From: a virus
Direction: 5' to 3' (one strand)
Length of the DNA: 38,964 bases
Virus genome (UHGV): UHGV-0287902
The notes beneath the pieces were generated by a model. It saw only the letters and a list, made by a program, of their open reading frames with translations. It was not told the origin of the DNA and did no database searches. Both the position numbers and the translations under genes were made by a program. Positions 9,145 to 18,248 of this stretch are shown here, one piece after another (the stretch's first letter is position 1; the number at the start of each line of letters is the position of its first letter).

Positions 9145-9173
9145 GGCGGTGCGGTAACACCGCCCATTTTTTA
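9145..9173 (+). terminator. intrinsic terminator hairpin upstream of gemA
   Basis: GGCGGTG-cggtaa-CACCGCC followed by CATTTTTTAT. Confidence 0.55.
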
Positions 9174-9186
9174 TGGAGCCACGATA

Positions 9187-9699
9187 ATGAATCGCGCTTC
9201 CCTGATTACCTTAATACATGTCGCAAAACGCGATCTACAGCTTGACCATGATACCTATACATCCGCGCTGCTGGCAGCCACCGGCAAATCCAGTTGCCGT
9301 GATATGTCACCCGGTGAGTTATCCCGCGTGCTGGATGTTTTCAAAAAACGCGGTTTTAAAGTGCGTCAGAAGCCGGTTAACCGGGCCTTAAAACCGGGTA
9401 CGGTGACCGCCAAAATTCGCGCCATCTGGAAAGTGATGCACCGGCAGGGATTTATCTCTGATGGCGGGGAAACGGCCCTTAACCGCTGGGTGAAATCGCA
9501 GACGGCCGCGCAGAACGACGGCGAAGGTGTGGCTAACTGGCAGTGGCTGGAGCAACAACCCGCGCTGGCCTCTGATGTGCTGGAGCGTCTCAAACGCTGG
9601 CACCGCCGCAAAATGCTGGCAGCCCTGGATATGTCGGAACGTGCAGTGATGAGTTATGAGCGTGTTTGCAGGCTGTATGAAAAATCATTCCCCCGTTAA
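9187..9699 (+). CDS. gemA: GemA-like regulatory protein (Mu gp16 family)
   Basis: 170 aa; position before mor/C; RBS GGAG. Confidence 0.75.
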   Translation: MNRASLITLIHVAKRDLQLDHDTYTSALLAATGKSSCRDMSPGELSRVLDVFKKRGFKVRQKPVNRALKPGTVTAKIRAIWKVMHRQGFISDGGETALNRWVKSQTAAQNDGEGVANWQWLEQQPALASDVLERLKRWHRRKMLAALDMSERAVMSYERVCRLYEKSFPR

Positions 9700-9703
9700 C
9701 CCC

Positions 9704-9735
9704 AAATCCCGCCACAGCGCGGGATTTTTATTTTA
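9704..9735 (+). terminator. intrinsic terminator after gemA
   Basis: AAATCCCGC-cacagc-GCGGGATTT followed by TTATTTTAAA. Confidence 0.65.
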
Positions 9736-9769
9736 AACTTGCCCTGTGTAATGATGACCGGAGGCGGGT

Positions 9770-10192
9770 ATGGCTGAAACACAGATGAGCATGTTTGGTG
9801 ACAGCGAACAGCTGCACGCGCTGATTGACCGTCTGGATGATATTCCTGATGATGAGCTGAAAAAGAACTGGCCCGGCACGCTGCGGGACCTGGTTGATGT
9901 GATCAGTGCTGAACTGCACCGTCAGGGGATTGAACCTGCTCAGGCGGGAATGCTTGCCCGTAAGGTTGCAGCCGCACAGGCCGGGTACATGGGCGGGCGT
10001 GGTTATTATCTCCCGGTCGGTGAATCCCTTTTCACCGAACTGCGCAATAATGAAATTTTTTCCCGCTGGAGCCAGGGCGAAAAAATTGAAACCCTGCGCC
10101 GCCACTACCAGATGTCAGAGACGCAGATTTACTCCGTTATCCGCAACCAGCGTCGCCTGCATCAGGAACGCACGCAGCCACGGCTTTTCTGA
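9770..10192 (+). CDS. Mor/C-family transcription activator
   Basis: 140 aa; C-terminal HTH region GEKIETLRRHYQMSETQIYSVIRNQRR resembles Mor/C; GGAGG RBS; only copy seen. Confidence 0.8.
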   Translation: MAETQMSMFGDSEQLHALIDRLDDIPDDELKKNWPGTLRDLVDVISAELHRQGIEPAQAGMLARKVAAAQAGYMGGRGYYLPVGESLFTELRNNEIFSRWSQGEKIETLRRHYQMSETQIYSVIRNQRRLHQERTQPRLF

Positions 10193-10263
10193 TATTCCGC
10201 AAATCCTGCCCACTTTTTCCCACGGTTACGCTGACTCAGAGAACACCATGAGACAGCGTAACA

Positions 10264-10764
10264 ATGCCAAAACTCCCCGCACCCCTGCGTAAAAAGCTGA
10301 TTGCCCTTGTTCTGGCCGGAGCCGGGACGTTCACCATTGCCACGCACTACACCGGCTACTGGGAAGGGAAAGAAAACACCACGTACATTGATCCCACCGG
10401 CACCCCCACCATCTGTTACGGCCATACCGGCCCGGATGTGAAACCGGGGATGACAAAAACTGATGAAGAGTGTCTGGAGCTGCTGGAAAAGGACATGAAA
10501 TGGGCCTTTGCGGCTATCGATCGTCATGTTCAGGTGCCGCTTACCCGTGGTCAGACGGTGGCGCTGGCCTCCTGGATTTTCTGGGCCGGTGAAACGAACT
10601 TTCGCAACTCCACGCTCCTGCGCCTTATCAATGCCGGGCAGATGCCCGCGTCCTGTAAGCAGTATATCCGCTGGATTTATTCAAAGGGGGTAAAACTCCC
10701 CGGTCTTGAGGCCCGCCGTTCGGCGGATGAATGGTTATGTCGTTACGATTTGCCGAAAGTCTGA
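10264..10764 (+). CDS. lys: endolysin, T4-lysozyme-like (GH24) with N-terminal SAR-like segment
   Basis: 166 aa; catalytic E-D-T pattern YWEGKE...IDPTG...TICYGHT; Gly/Ala-rich hydrophobic N-terminus. Confidence 0.9.
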   Translation: MPKLPAPLRKKLIALVLAGAGTFTIATHYTGYWEGKENTTYIDPTGTPTICYGHTGPDVKPGMTKTDEECLELLEKDMKWAFAAIDRHVQVPLTRGQTVALASWIFWAGETNFRNSTLLRLINAGQMPASCKQYIRWIYSKGVKLPGLEARRSADEWLCRYDLPKV

Positions 10765-11227
10765 ACCGCTTCTGGCGACCGCTCATGATTGCGCTGCTGT
10801 GTGCCGTTGTGCTGCTGCGGGGTGTGCTGTGTCTGCGGTGAACAATCCCTTACCGGCCCTGATTGCCGGAGGCTGTATGGCGGCGCTGGGGGTGATGAGC
10901 GTACTGGCTGCCGTGGTATGGGGAATGCACCAGAAGACGCAGCGCCTTGAGGACAATAATCATGTGCTTGTGCGTGAACGGGACGAAGCCCGTCTGGTGC
11001 TGGCAAACCAGCAACGCACCCTGCAACTCATTTCACAAATCAGCAAGGCGGCCACGAATGAAAAACAGCAGAACATGCAGCACAGCGAGGAACAGCAGAG
11101 CATTGTCCGCCGGTCACTGGCAACGGTGCCTGCTGCCGCTGTGCCTGTGCCTGATGATGTGGCTGACCGGGTGCGGCGGGCCGTCTGTGAAATTCGTCCC
11201 TGTGCCGCCGGTGCCGATCCCCGCTGA
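10706..11227 (+). CDS. putative i-spanin (Rz-like); true start probably downstream
   Basis: Single TM segment LPALIAGGCMAALGVMSVLAAVVWGM then charged helical region; likely start GTG 10799/10838 or ATG 10877. Confidence 0.55.
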   Translation: MRPAVRRMNGYVVTICRKSEPLLATAHDCAAVCRCAAAGCAVSAVNNPLPALIAGGCMAALGVMSVLAAVVWGMHQKTQRLEDNNHVLVRERDEARLVLANQQRTLQLISQISKAATNEKQQNMQHSEEQQSIVRRSLATVPAAAVPVPDDVADRVRRAVCEIRPCAAGADPR

Positions 11228-11429
11228 ATGGCTGACTGACTGCCTGGTCCCTCCCGCGCCGCAGCCGTTCACGTTTGGTGCATCGGTCACTTACAACCTG
11301 CAACTGCTGGCGGTGATTAAAAACTGCAACGTGGACAAGGCCAGCATCCGCCGTCTGGAGACACAGCGACAGCATGAATTTACTGATATGGCCGGAACGA
11401 CTGCTGTTCCGGCAGGAAAGACGAAGTAA
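11058..11429 (+). CDS. putative o-spanin (Rz1-like lipoprotein) overlapping i-spanin in another frame
   Basis: Lipobox LTGC after hydrophobic stretch, proline-rich mature part; start ATG 11058 or TTG 11103. Confidence 0.5.
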   Translation: MKNSRTCSTARNSRALSAGHWQRCLLPLCLCLMMWLTGCGGPSVKFVPVPPVPIPAEWLTDCLVPPAPQPFTFGASVTYNLQLLAVIKNCNVDKASIRRLETQRQHEFTDMAGTTAVPAGKTK

Positions 11430-11439
11430 GGAAAAAGGT

Positions 11440-11667
11440 ATGGATGATTCAGATTGTGCTCAGGCAGTCATGGAGCGTGCAACAGAACGCGCCCTTTGTG
11501 ACCGGCTGACACGTAAGCGCCGGGTGGCGGAGACACCGGGCAGGCGTGTATGCGCGGACTGCGGGGGTGACATTCCGGCTGCCCGTCTGGTTGCCGTGCC
11601 GGATGCCATCCGTTGTGTGAACTGCCAGAACATCATGGAGGCCGGTCATGTGGGTCAGCATCGTTAA
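11440..11667 (+). CDS. TraR/DksA-family C4 zinc-finger protein
   Basis: 75 aa; CADCGG...17 aa...CVNCQ; RBS AAGGAAAAAGG. Confidence 0.75.
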   Translation: MDDSDCAQAVMERATERALCDRLTRKRRVAETPGRRVCADCGGDIPAARLVAVPDAIRCVNCQNIMEAGHVGQHR

Positions 11668-11959
11668 AGATTATGTCGTGCCGATCCTGTCGGCAACGGC
11701 CACAGCCGGGGGGATCTTCATGGCGCTGATGCGCAAAACCTTTGTCCCCCGCGAGGCCTTTGAAAAACTCTCCGACCGGGTTGAGCGGGTGGAGAGCCGG
11801 ATTTCCGGCCTGCCCACGCAGCAGGAGGTGAACAGACTCAATATCGAAATCACCACCCTGCGCGGTGAGCTTAAGGCCACCAATGCCACCCTGAAATCCG
11901 TCTCCCATCAGAACGAACTGCTGCTGGAGCAGGCTGTAAGGAAAAAACACAATGAGTGA
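11648..11959 (+). CDS. membrane protein, Mu gp25-like (possible releasin)
   Basis: 103 aa; N-terminal TM helix then coiled coil; lysis-cassette synteny. Confidence 0.65.
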   Translation: MWVSIVKDYVVPILSATATAGGIFMALMRKTFVPREAFEKLSDRVERVESRISGLPTQQEVNRLNIEITTLRGELKATNATLKSVSHQNELLLEQAVRKKHNE

Positions 11960-12242
11960 TTTCATTACTGAAGATCAGCGTCTTGTCATTCTGCGGTCGC
12001 TGGCGGATTACAACGGCGAACTGGGCGAATCCGTGCTTCAGGACTGCCTGGATGATTACGGCCACCGCGTGTCCCGCGACACCGTTCACACCCACATTGC
12101 CTGGCTTGCTGAGCAGGGACTGGTGCGTAAGCGCACGCTTGTTAACGGTTATTTCATCGCTGAACTGACCGGCCGGGGTCAGGATGTGGCGGAAGGTCGT
12201 GCCACCGTTCCGGGTGTGAAGAAACCACGCGCAAGGGGGTAA
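11952..12242 (+). CDS. Mu gp26-like protein
   Basis: 96 aa, synteny. Confidence 0.65.
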   Translation: MSDFITEDQRLVILRSLADYNGELGESVLQDCLDDYGHRVSRDTVHTHIAWLAEQGLVRKRTLVNGYFIAELTGRGQDVAEGRATVPGVKKPRARG

Positions 12243-12244
12243 CG

Positions 12245-12826
12245 ATGGATAAGCCGACGCGTGGCCGTGTACGCAAGGTGGATTTGCTCCCCGACAGCAT
12301 CCGTAAGCCGCTGCTGGAAATGCTGCGTGAAAAACGCCTGACGCAGGTCCAGATCCGCGAGGAAATCAACCGTCTGATCCGTGAGGCAGGCCTGCCGGAA
12401 GAGCAGCAGCTTTCACCGGCGGCCATCAGCCGGGAAGCCTCCCGTAATGAGCTGATTGCCCGTAATCTGCGTGATTTACGCGAGCAGACAAAAGCCATGA
12501 TGGCCGAACTGGGGGATAAGCCGACCGGTGAAACCACGGCACTGATTCTGGAGATGTCCCGTGCCCTGATGTACCGCCGTCTGCGTGCCGCCACCGAATC
12601 CCTGAACAGCGACAGCGATGTGGATATGCGCCTTATTAAGGACATCCTCCTGTCGGCACAGCGTGCGGAAAGTGCCGCCGAGCGCAGCATTAAGCGTGAA
12701 AAAGAAATCCGGGCCGCATTTGCTGAAGAGATGGCGAACGCCGTCACCGACGAGTTGCGCGGCGTGGATGGCATGAGCGAGCAGATAGAATTCCGTATCA
12801 GGCAGATGCTGCTTGGTAAGGCGTAG
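12245..12826 (+). CDS. Mu gp27-like protein, putative small terminase subunit
   Basis: 193 aa, directly upstream of TerL. Confidence 0.75.
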   Translation: MDKPTRGRVRKVDLLPDSIRKPLLEMLREKRLTQVQIREEINRLIREAGLPEEQQLSPAAISREASRNELIARNLRDLREQTKAMMAELGDKPTGETTALILEMSRALMYRRLRAATESLNSDSDVDMRLIKDILLSAQRAESAAERSIKREKEIRAAFAEEMANAVTDELRGVDGMSEQIEFRIRQMLLGKA

Positions 12827-12836
12827 GAGGTGAATC

Positions 12837-13085
12837 GTGGTAACAGATAACCGCTCACTGATGAGCAGTGCTCATCAGAAGGCATTCAGTCTTGCAACAC
12901 AGTTACCTCCTGAAACCATAAAAGCGTGTCGTGAGTTGACTGAACTCAGCATTGCCGGGGAAATATCCCTGGAACAACTGCATTCGCTGCTGGCAGGGGC
13001 TGTCACTGATGAGTTGAGTGGCGTGGACGTGATGACTGAAGAGCTTGAGTTCCGAATCAAAAGCATTCTGACAGGTAAAGCCTGA
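12837..13085 (+). CDS. small protein sharing the C-terminal 27 aa of gp27
   Basis: C-terminus AVTDELSGVDVMTEELEFRIKSILTGKA versus gp27 AVTDELRGVDGMSEQIEFRIRQMLLGKA; GTG start. Confidence 0.5.
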   Translation: MVTDNRSLMSSAHQKAFSLATQLPPETIKACRELTELSIAGEISLEQLHSLLAGAVTDELSGVDVMTEELEFRIKSILTGKA

Positions 13086-14749
13086 TGAACAAAGCCAAAG
13101 AAAAGTCTCCTTCACTGATACAAATGACACCTCCCCGCAAAATTGATCTGTCCGGTGAAAAAGCCCTGCTGGGCGTGGATGTGCCGGACAGCCTTGATTT
13201 GCCCGGTGATATGCCGGTGTTTCTGGATTATCAGGCCCGCTGGTTTGCAGATGAAAGTCAGGTCTGCATCGCGGAGAAATCCCGACGCACCGGGCTTACC
13301 TGGGCGGAAGCCGGGCGTAACGTCATTACCGCCGCAAAGCCTAAGCGTCGTGGTGGCCGTAATGTGTTTTATGTGGGGTCAAAACAGGAGATGGCGCTGG
13401 AATATATTTCTGCCTGCGCGCTGTTCTCCCGTGCCTTTAACCAGCTGGCAGATGCTGATGTGTATGAGCAGACATTCTGGGATCGGGATAAAAAAGAAGA
13501 AATTCTGACCTACATGATCCGCTTTCCGAACAGTGGATTCAAAATTCAGGCATTGTCTTCCCGTCCGTCAAACCTGCGCGGTCTTCAGGGGGATGTGGTG
13601 ATTGATGAAGCCGCGTTCCACGAGTCACTGGATGAGCTTCTCAAGGCGGCAATGGCGCTTACCATGTGGGGCGCACGCGTGCGCATTATTTCCACGCATA
13701 ACGGCGTCGATAATCTGTTTAATCAGTACATTCAGGAAGCCCGCGAGGGGCGCAAGGATTACAGCGTCCACCGCATAACCCTGGATGATGCCATTGCGGA
13801 CGGGCTGTACCGTCGTATCTGTTACGTCACCGATCAGGAATGGTCACCGGAAAGCGAGCAGAAATGGCGTGATGATCTCTACAAAAACGCCCCGACCCGT
13901 GAGGATGCCGACGAGGAATACGGCTGTATCCCGAAAAAATCCGGCGGTGCCTATATTCCTCACGCGCTTATTGAAATGGCGATGATTCGTGACATCCCGA
14001 TTCTGACGTTTGAAGCCCCGGACGACTTCATCAGCCGTGCCGCATGGCTGCGTGAATCGGAAGTTTTAACCTGGTGTGAAGAACATTTAAAACCGCTTAC
14101 AGAGAAATTAAATCCCCGTTCCCGCTTCAGCTTCGGGGAAGACTTTGCCCGCACCGGTGACCTGTCCTGCTTTGTGCTGCTGGAAATCACCGAACTCCTG
14201 GCAAAGCGCGAGGTGTTTCGCGTGGAGCTGCGCAACCTGCCGTATACCCAGCAGGAACAGGTGATGATGTACATCCTGACCCGCGTTCCGGCGCTGGTCG
14301 GTGCGGCGTTCGACGCCACCGGTAACGGCGGCTATCTGGCAGAGGCCGCACTGCTGGCCTTTGGCCCGGACATCATCGACTGCGTGATGTTGTCGCCGAA
14401 GTGGTACGGCGAGTGGATGCCAAAACTGAAAGCCGAGTTTGAAGATCAGAATATCCTCGTCGCCCGCCATCAGACCACGCTTGATGATTTGCGCCATGTG
14501 AAGGTGGTGAATGGTATCCCGCAAATCGACAAGGGGCGCACGAAGGACCAGAACGCAACGGCTGCGAACGCCCGCCGCCATGGTGATTTTGCCGTGGCAC
14601 TCTGTATGGCAAACCGGGCGTCATACATGGAGGGTTTCATCCTGGATGAATCAGCCTGTCAGGCGCTGCCGGAGCGGTCGCGGGCAATGGAGGGCGGTTA
14701 TCGTGATGACGATGAGGCATATCATGAATTTGATCGGGGGTGCTGGTAG
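13085..14749 (+). CDS. terminase large subunit (Mu gp28-like)
   Basis: 554 aa, position and size. Confidence 0.9.
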   Translation: MNKAKEKSPSLIQMTPPRKIDLSGEKALLGVDVPDSLDLPGDMPVFLDYQARWFADESQVCIAEKSRRTGLTWAEAGRNVITAAKPKRRGGRNVFYVGSKQEMALEYISACALFSRAFNQLADADVYEQTFWDRDKKEEILTYMIRFPNSGFKIQALSSRPSNLRGLQGDVVIDEAAFHESLDELLKAAMALTMWGARVRIISTHNGVDNLFNQYIQEAREGRKDYSVHRITLDDAIADGLYRRICYVTDQEWSPESEQKWRDDLYKNAPTREDADEEYGCIPKKSGGAYIPHALIEMAMIRDIPILTFEAPDDFISRAAWLRESEVLTWCEEHLKPLTEKLNPRSRFSFGEDFARTGDLSCFVLLEITELLAKREVFRVELRNLPYTQQEQVMMYILTRVPALVGAAFDATGNGGYLAEAALLAFGPDIIDCVMLSPKWYGEWMPKLKAEFEDQNILVARHQTTLDDLRHVKVVNGIPQIDKGRTKDQNATAANARRHGDFAVALCMANRASYMEGFILDESACQALPERSRAMEGGYRDDDEAYHEFDRGCW

Positions 14750-16338
14750 TGGGACGCATAATTGATCTTGACGGAAAACCTTTCTCCTTTGACCCGGAGA
14801 TGCAAAGTACCGCGCTGGATATTCCGCAGATTGCCAGCCGTTATGTTGAGCATCCCGCCTCGGGTATCACCCCGAACCGGGCGGCGCAGTGCCTTCGCGG
14901 GGCTGAACGTGGCGATCTGATTGCCCAGTCCGATCTGGCGGCTGACATTGAAGAAAAGGACACCCACCTTTTTGCGGAGCTGGGCAAGCGACGTCTTGCC
15001 ATTCAGGGGGTGCCATGGAGCATTGAGCCGCCACCGAACGCCAGCGCGAATGAGAAAAAGGACGCGGAAATGCTCGACGAATATCTGCATTCCGCCGACT
15101 GGTTTGATGCCATGTTATTTGATGCCACCGATGCCATCCTGAAGGGCTATTCCTGCATGGAGATTGAGCACGGGATGCTCGGTAAGATGCACATCATCCG
15201 CGCCATCCGATGGCGTGACAGCGGGCATTTCTGCCTTAACCCGGATGATTTGAGCGAACTGCGGCTGCGTGACGGCAGCCATGCCGGGGTGGCGTTTCAG
15301 CCCTTTGGCTGGATAGTGCATCAGTCGCGTTCACGCACCGGCTACGGTGGTGCGACGGGGCTTGTCAGAACGCTTATCTGGCCGTTCATTTTCAAAAACT
15401 ATTCCGTGCGCGATCTGGCGGAATTTCTGGAGGTGTACGGTCTGCCAATGAAGGTCGGGAAATACCCGTCCGGGGCAACACCGGAGCAGAAAAGTGCCCT
15501 GATGCGGGCGGTGATGGATATCGGGCGACGTACAGGCGGGATCATCCCGGCCGGGATGTCGCTGGAGTTTCAGGCGGCAGCGAACGGTCAGGCCGATCCG
15601 TTTGAAACCATGATTTCGTGGGGTGAGCGTTCCATCTCCAAAGCAATACTCGGCGGCACGCTGACCACAGAAGCCGGAGACAAAGGCGCGCGCTCGCTGG
15701 GTGAGGTGCATAACGAGGTGCGCCGGGAAATCAGGGATTCTGATTTACGCCAGCTGGCTGCAACCCTGAACCGCGATCTGGTGTATCCGCTGTATGCCCT
15801 GAACACCGCCCACGCCATTGATATCCGTCGCCTGCCGCGTATCTGTTTCCAGACCAAAGAACCGGGGGATATCACCAAAATAGCCAGTGCGGTGATGCAA
15901 CTCAGTGCGGGGATGGATATTCCTGATCCCTGGGTACGGGATCAGACCGGTATTCCACAGCCCACGCCCGGTGAAGCCATATTCCGTGTCCGTCAGAGCA
16001 GTAATGAACCGGCCATGCCTGACAGGGAAACGCTACCGGAAAAACAGGAAAAGACAGAACAGACGGCGCTTTCAGCCCGACTGCCGGAAGCGAAAAACAC
16101 GCCGCGTGATGAACTGGACGACATGGGGGACGCGGTGCCTGCCCGCCGCTTACAGGAGGCCATCGATCCGGTGCTGGAGCCGGTCATTGATGTCATCAGA
16201 ACGCGGGGGCTGGCGGAGGCACTGGCAGACCTGCCTGCCCTTTACCGTGAAATGGATGATTCCCGCCTGATGACGCTGCTCAGTGATGCCATGTTTGCTG
16301 CGGAAATGAAGGGGATGCTGGATGGCTCAGGGGATTGA
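14740..16338 (+). CDS. portal protein (Mu gp29-like)
   Basis: 532 aa; GTG start overlapping TerL stop. Confidence 0.9.
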   Translation: MLVVGRIIDLDGKPFSFDPEMQSTALDIPQIASRYVEHPASGITPNRAAQCLRGAERGDLIAQSDLAADIEEKDTHLFAELGKRRLAIQGVPWSIEPPPNASANEKKDAEMLDEYLHSADWFDAMLFDATDAILKGYSCMEIEHGMLGKMHIIRAIRWRDSGHFCLNPDDLSELRLRDGSHAGVAFQPFGWIVHQSRSRTGYGGATGLVRTLIWPFIFKNYSVRDLAEFLEVYGLPMKVGKYPSGATPEQKSALMRAVMDIGRRTGGIIPAGMSLEFQAAANGQADPFETMISWGERSISKAILGGTLTTEAGDKGARSLGEVHNEVRREIRDSDLRQLAATLNRDLVYPLYALNTAHAIDIRRLPRICFQTKEPGDITKIASAVMQLSAGMDIPDPWVRDQTGIPQPTPGEAIFRVRQSSNEPAMPDRETLPEKQEKTEQTALSARLPEAKNTPRDELDDMGDAVPARRLQEAIDPVLEPVIDVIRTRGLAEALADLPALYREMDDSRLMTLLSDAMFAAEMKGMLDGSGD

Positions 16339-17653
16339 TTTAGGTTATGCCGCCACGCTTCCCTCAAAAGAGACGGTGGCATACTTCCGCGCCAAAGGGG
16401 CGCATATCAGCTGGAACTGGTTCGAAACAGACGCGGATGTTCATGCCCGCTCATTCACGGCAGCAAAAACGGCACGGCTGGATGTGGTAACCACATTACA
16501 GGCCGAAGTGCAGCGGGCCATTGATGAGGGGATTTCACAGAAAGAATTTATCCGCACACTGACGCCACGCCTGCAAAAGCTGGGATGGTGGGGAAAGCAG
16601 ATTGTGGTGGACAGCGACGGTAACGCGGAAGAAGTGCAGCAGGGCAGTCCCCGTCGTCTGGCGCTGATTTACAACGTGAACACCCGTGTGGCTTACAATG
16701 CCGGGCGTTACACGCAGATGATGAACAACACGGACACGCATCCGTTCTGGCAGTATGTGGCGGTCATGGACAGCCGTACCCGCCCGTCGCATTCCGCCCT
16801 TAACGGTCTGGTATTCCGCTATGACGATCCGTTCTGGAAAACACACTACCCGCCCAATGGCTGGAACTGCCGCTGCCGTGTGCGGCCATTGTCTCAGGCC
16901 CGTCTGGATGCAATGGGGTTATCCGTTTCATCCGGTGAGGATCATCTCTCCACCCGCAATGTTGAGGCTGGCGTGGATAAACAGACCGGAGAAGTCAGAG
17001 AAATGCCGGTGACCACATATTCAGATGGCACCAGAACCATGACACCGGATGTGGGCTGGTCATATAACCCCGGCTCGGCAGCGTTCGGCACAGACCAGGC
17101 GCTGATCCGCAAACTGATCGAGGTGAAAAGCCCGGCGTTACGGGAAATGGTGGTTCAGGAGATGAACAACAGCCCGGAGCGGCAGCTGGCGTTCCGCATC
17201 TGGGCAAAAAACATCATGCAGACCCGGCGAGGTGGTAACGATATCCGCACGCTGGGCTTTATGACTGAAAGCATTGCGCAGGCAGTGGAAAGCCGGACGG
17301 GAACGCCACCGGCCCGCCTGCTGGCGATGAGCGGTAAAAATGTGCTCCATGCGGACAGTGTGAAACATCAGAATGACGGCATCGCTCTGACGCCGGAGGA
17401 CTTCGGGCGCTTACCGGCAATGCTGGCAAGGCCAAAAGCGGTACTGTGGGACAAACGGCACAACAATCTGATGTATATCGTGGAAAATCAGGATGGCAGT
17501 GTGCAGATTGCCATTAATGCACCGTACAGTCTGAAACGTCAGCCCGACAAACTGGATGTGATTGTGAATGCTTACCGGGTTATCAATATGGATAAGCTGA
17601 AATCGGATATCCGGGGCGGAATGCTTGAGGTGCTGGAAGGACAAATTGATTAA
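16322..17653 (+). CDS. F: head morphogenesis protein (Mu F-like)
   Basis: 443 aa, synteny after portal. Confidence 0.9.
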   Translation: MAQGIDLGYAATLPSKETVAYFRAKGAHISWNWFETDADVHARSFTAAKTARLDVVTTLQAEVQRAIDEGISQKEFIRTLTPRLQKLGWWGKQIVVDSDGNAEEVQQGSPRRLALIYNVNTRVAYNAGRYTQMMNNTDTHPFWQYVAVMDSRTRPSHSALNGLVFRYDDPFWKTHYPPNGWNCRCRVRPLSQARLDAMGLSVSSGEDHLSTRNVEAGVDKQTGEVREMPVTTYSDGTRTMTPDVGWSYNPGSAAFGTDQALIRKLIEVKSPALREMVVQEMNNSPERQLAFRIWAKNIMQTRRGGNDIRTLGFMTESIAQAVESRTGTPPARLLAMSGKNVLHADSVKHQNDGIALTPEDFGRLPAMLARPKAVLWDKRHNNLMYIVENQDGSVQIAINAPYSLKRQPDKLDVIVNAYRVINMDKLKSDIRGGMLEVLEGQID

Positions 17654-17655
17654 CG

Positions 17656-17735
17656 GTCAGTGGCGGGGGTCGAACCCGCATACATGATCCACCCGGAGGC
17701 AGGCACCGACTTTACCAGTTAAGCGTACACTGACC
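17656..17735 (-). other. tRNA-like structured element (T-arm plus 7-bp acceptor-like stem), not a canonical tRNA
   Basis: Minus strand: GTCAGTG ... GCGGG-TTCGACC-CCCGC-CACTGAC-C; no convincing D or anticodon arm. Confidence 0.3.
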
Positions 17736-17774
17736 GCCTGTTTATTTTATATTCATCCTTTATGCGGAGGCAAT

Positions 17775-18248
17775 ATGTCATCCATTGATGCAACTGTCGT
17801 TGTTGACGTTACGCGTCTCCAGCGAGTGTTTGCCCGGCTTCAGTTTGTGGGCGGCGGAAAAGACCTGGCCCGCAGTGTGGCGGCGAGTCTTCTGTCATCG
17901 TCAGAAATGGCGTTTGAGCAGGAAAAAGAGCCGGATGGTGAACGCTGGCATGACTGGTCAGATCCTTACCGTGAGTGGCGTACCCGTAAGGGATACACGC
18001 CCGGCAAAATCCTGACGCTGAACGGCGATCTGGCCCGCCGCCTGACCACGGATTATGGCGATACCTGGGCGCTGATTGGATCAAATGAACCTTATGCAGC
18101 CATTCATCAGTGGGGTGGCCTGCCTGGTATGCCACCGGGACCGGCGGCCATTGGCGCACGTCCGTATATGGGCTTTGATCAGGTGGCAGAACAGGAGATC
18201 ATGGACGAAATCAGAAAACGCTTTAAAAAGGCCACAGAAACGCCGTAA
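17775..18248 (+). CDS. G: virion morphogenesis protein (Mu G-like)
   Basis: 157 aa; GGAGG RBS; synteny. Confidence 0.8.
   Translation: MSSIDATVVVDVTRLQRVFARLQFVGGGKDLARSVAASLLSSSEMAFEQEKEPDGERWHDWSDPYREWRTRKGYTPGKILTLNGDLARRLTTDYGDTWALIGSNEPYAAIHQWGGLPGMPPGPAAIGARPYMGFDQVAEQEIMDEIRKRFKKATETP

Noticed and set aside
12154-12885. 243-aa minus-strand ORF
   Set aside because: Antisense to the gp26/gp27-like genes; Ser/Arg-rich composition; no RBS; breaks the co-oriented operon.
17656-17735. Canonical tRNA gene
   Set aside because: Acceptor-like and T-arm-like stems are present but no D or anticodon arm could be built; kept only as a tRNA-like element.
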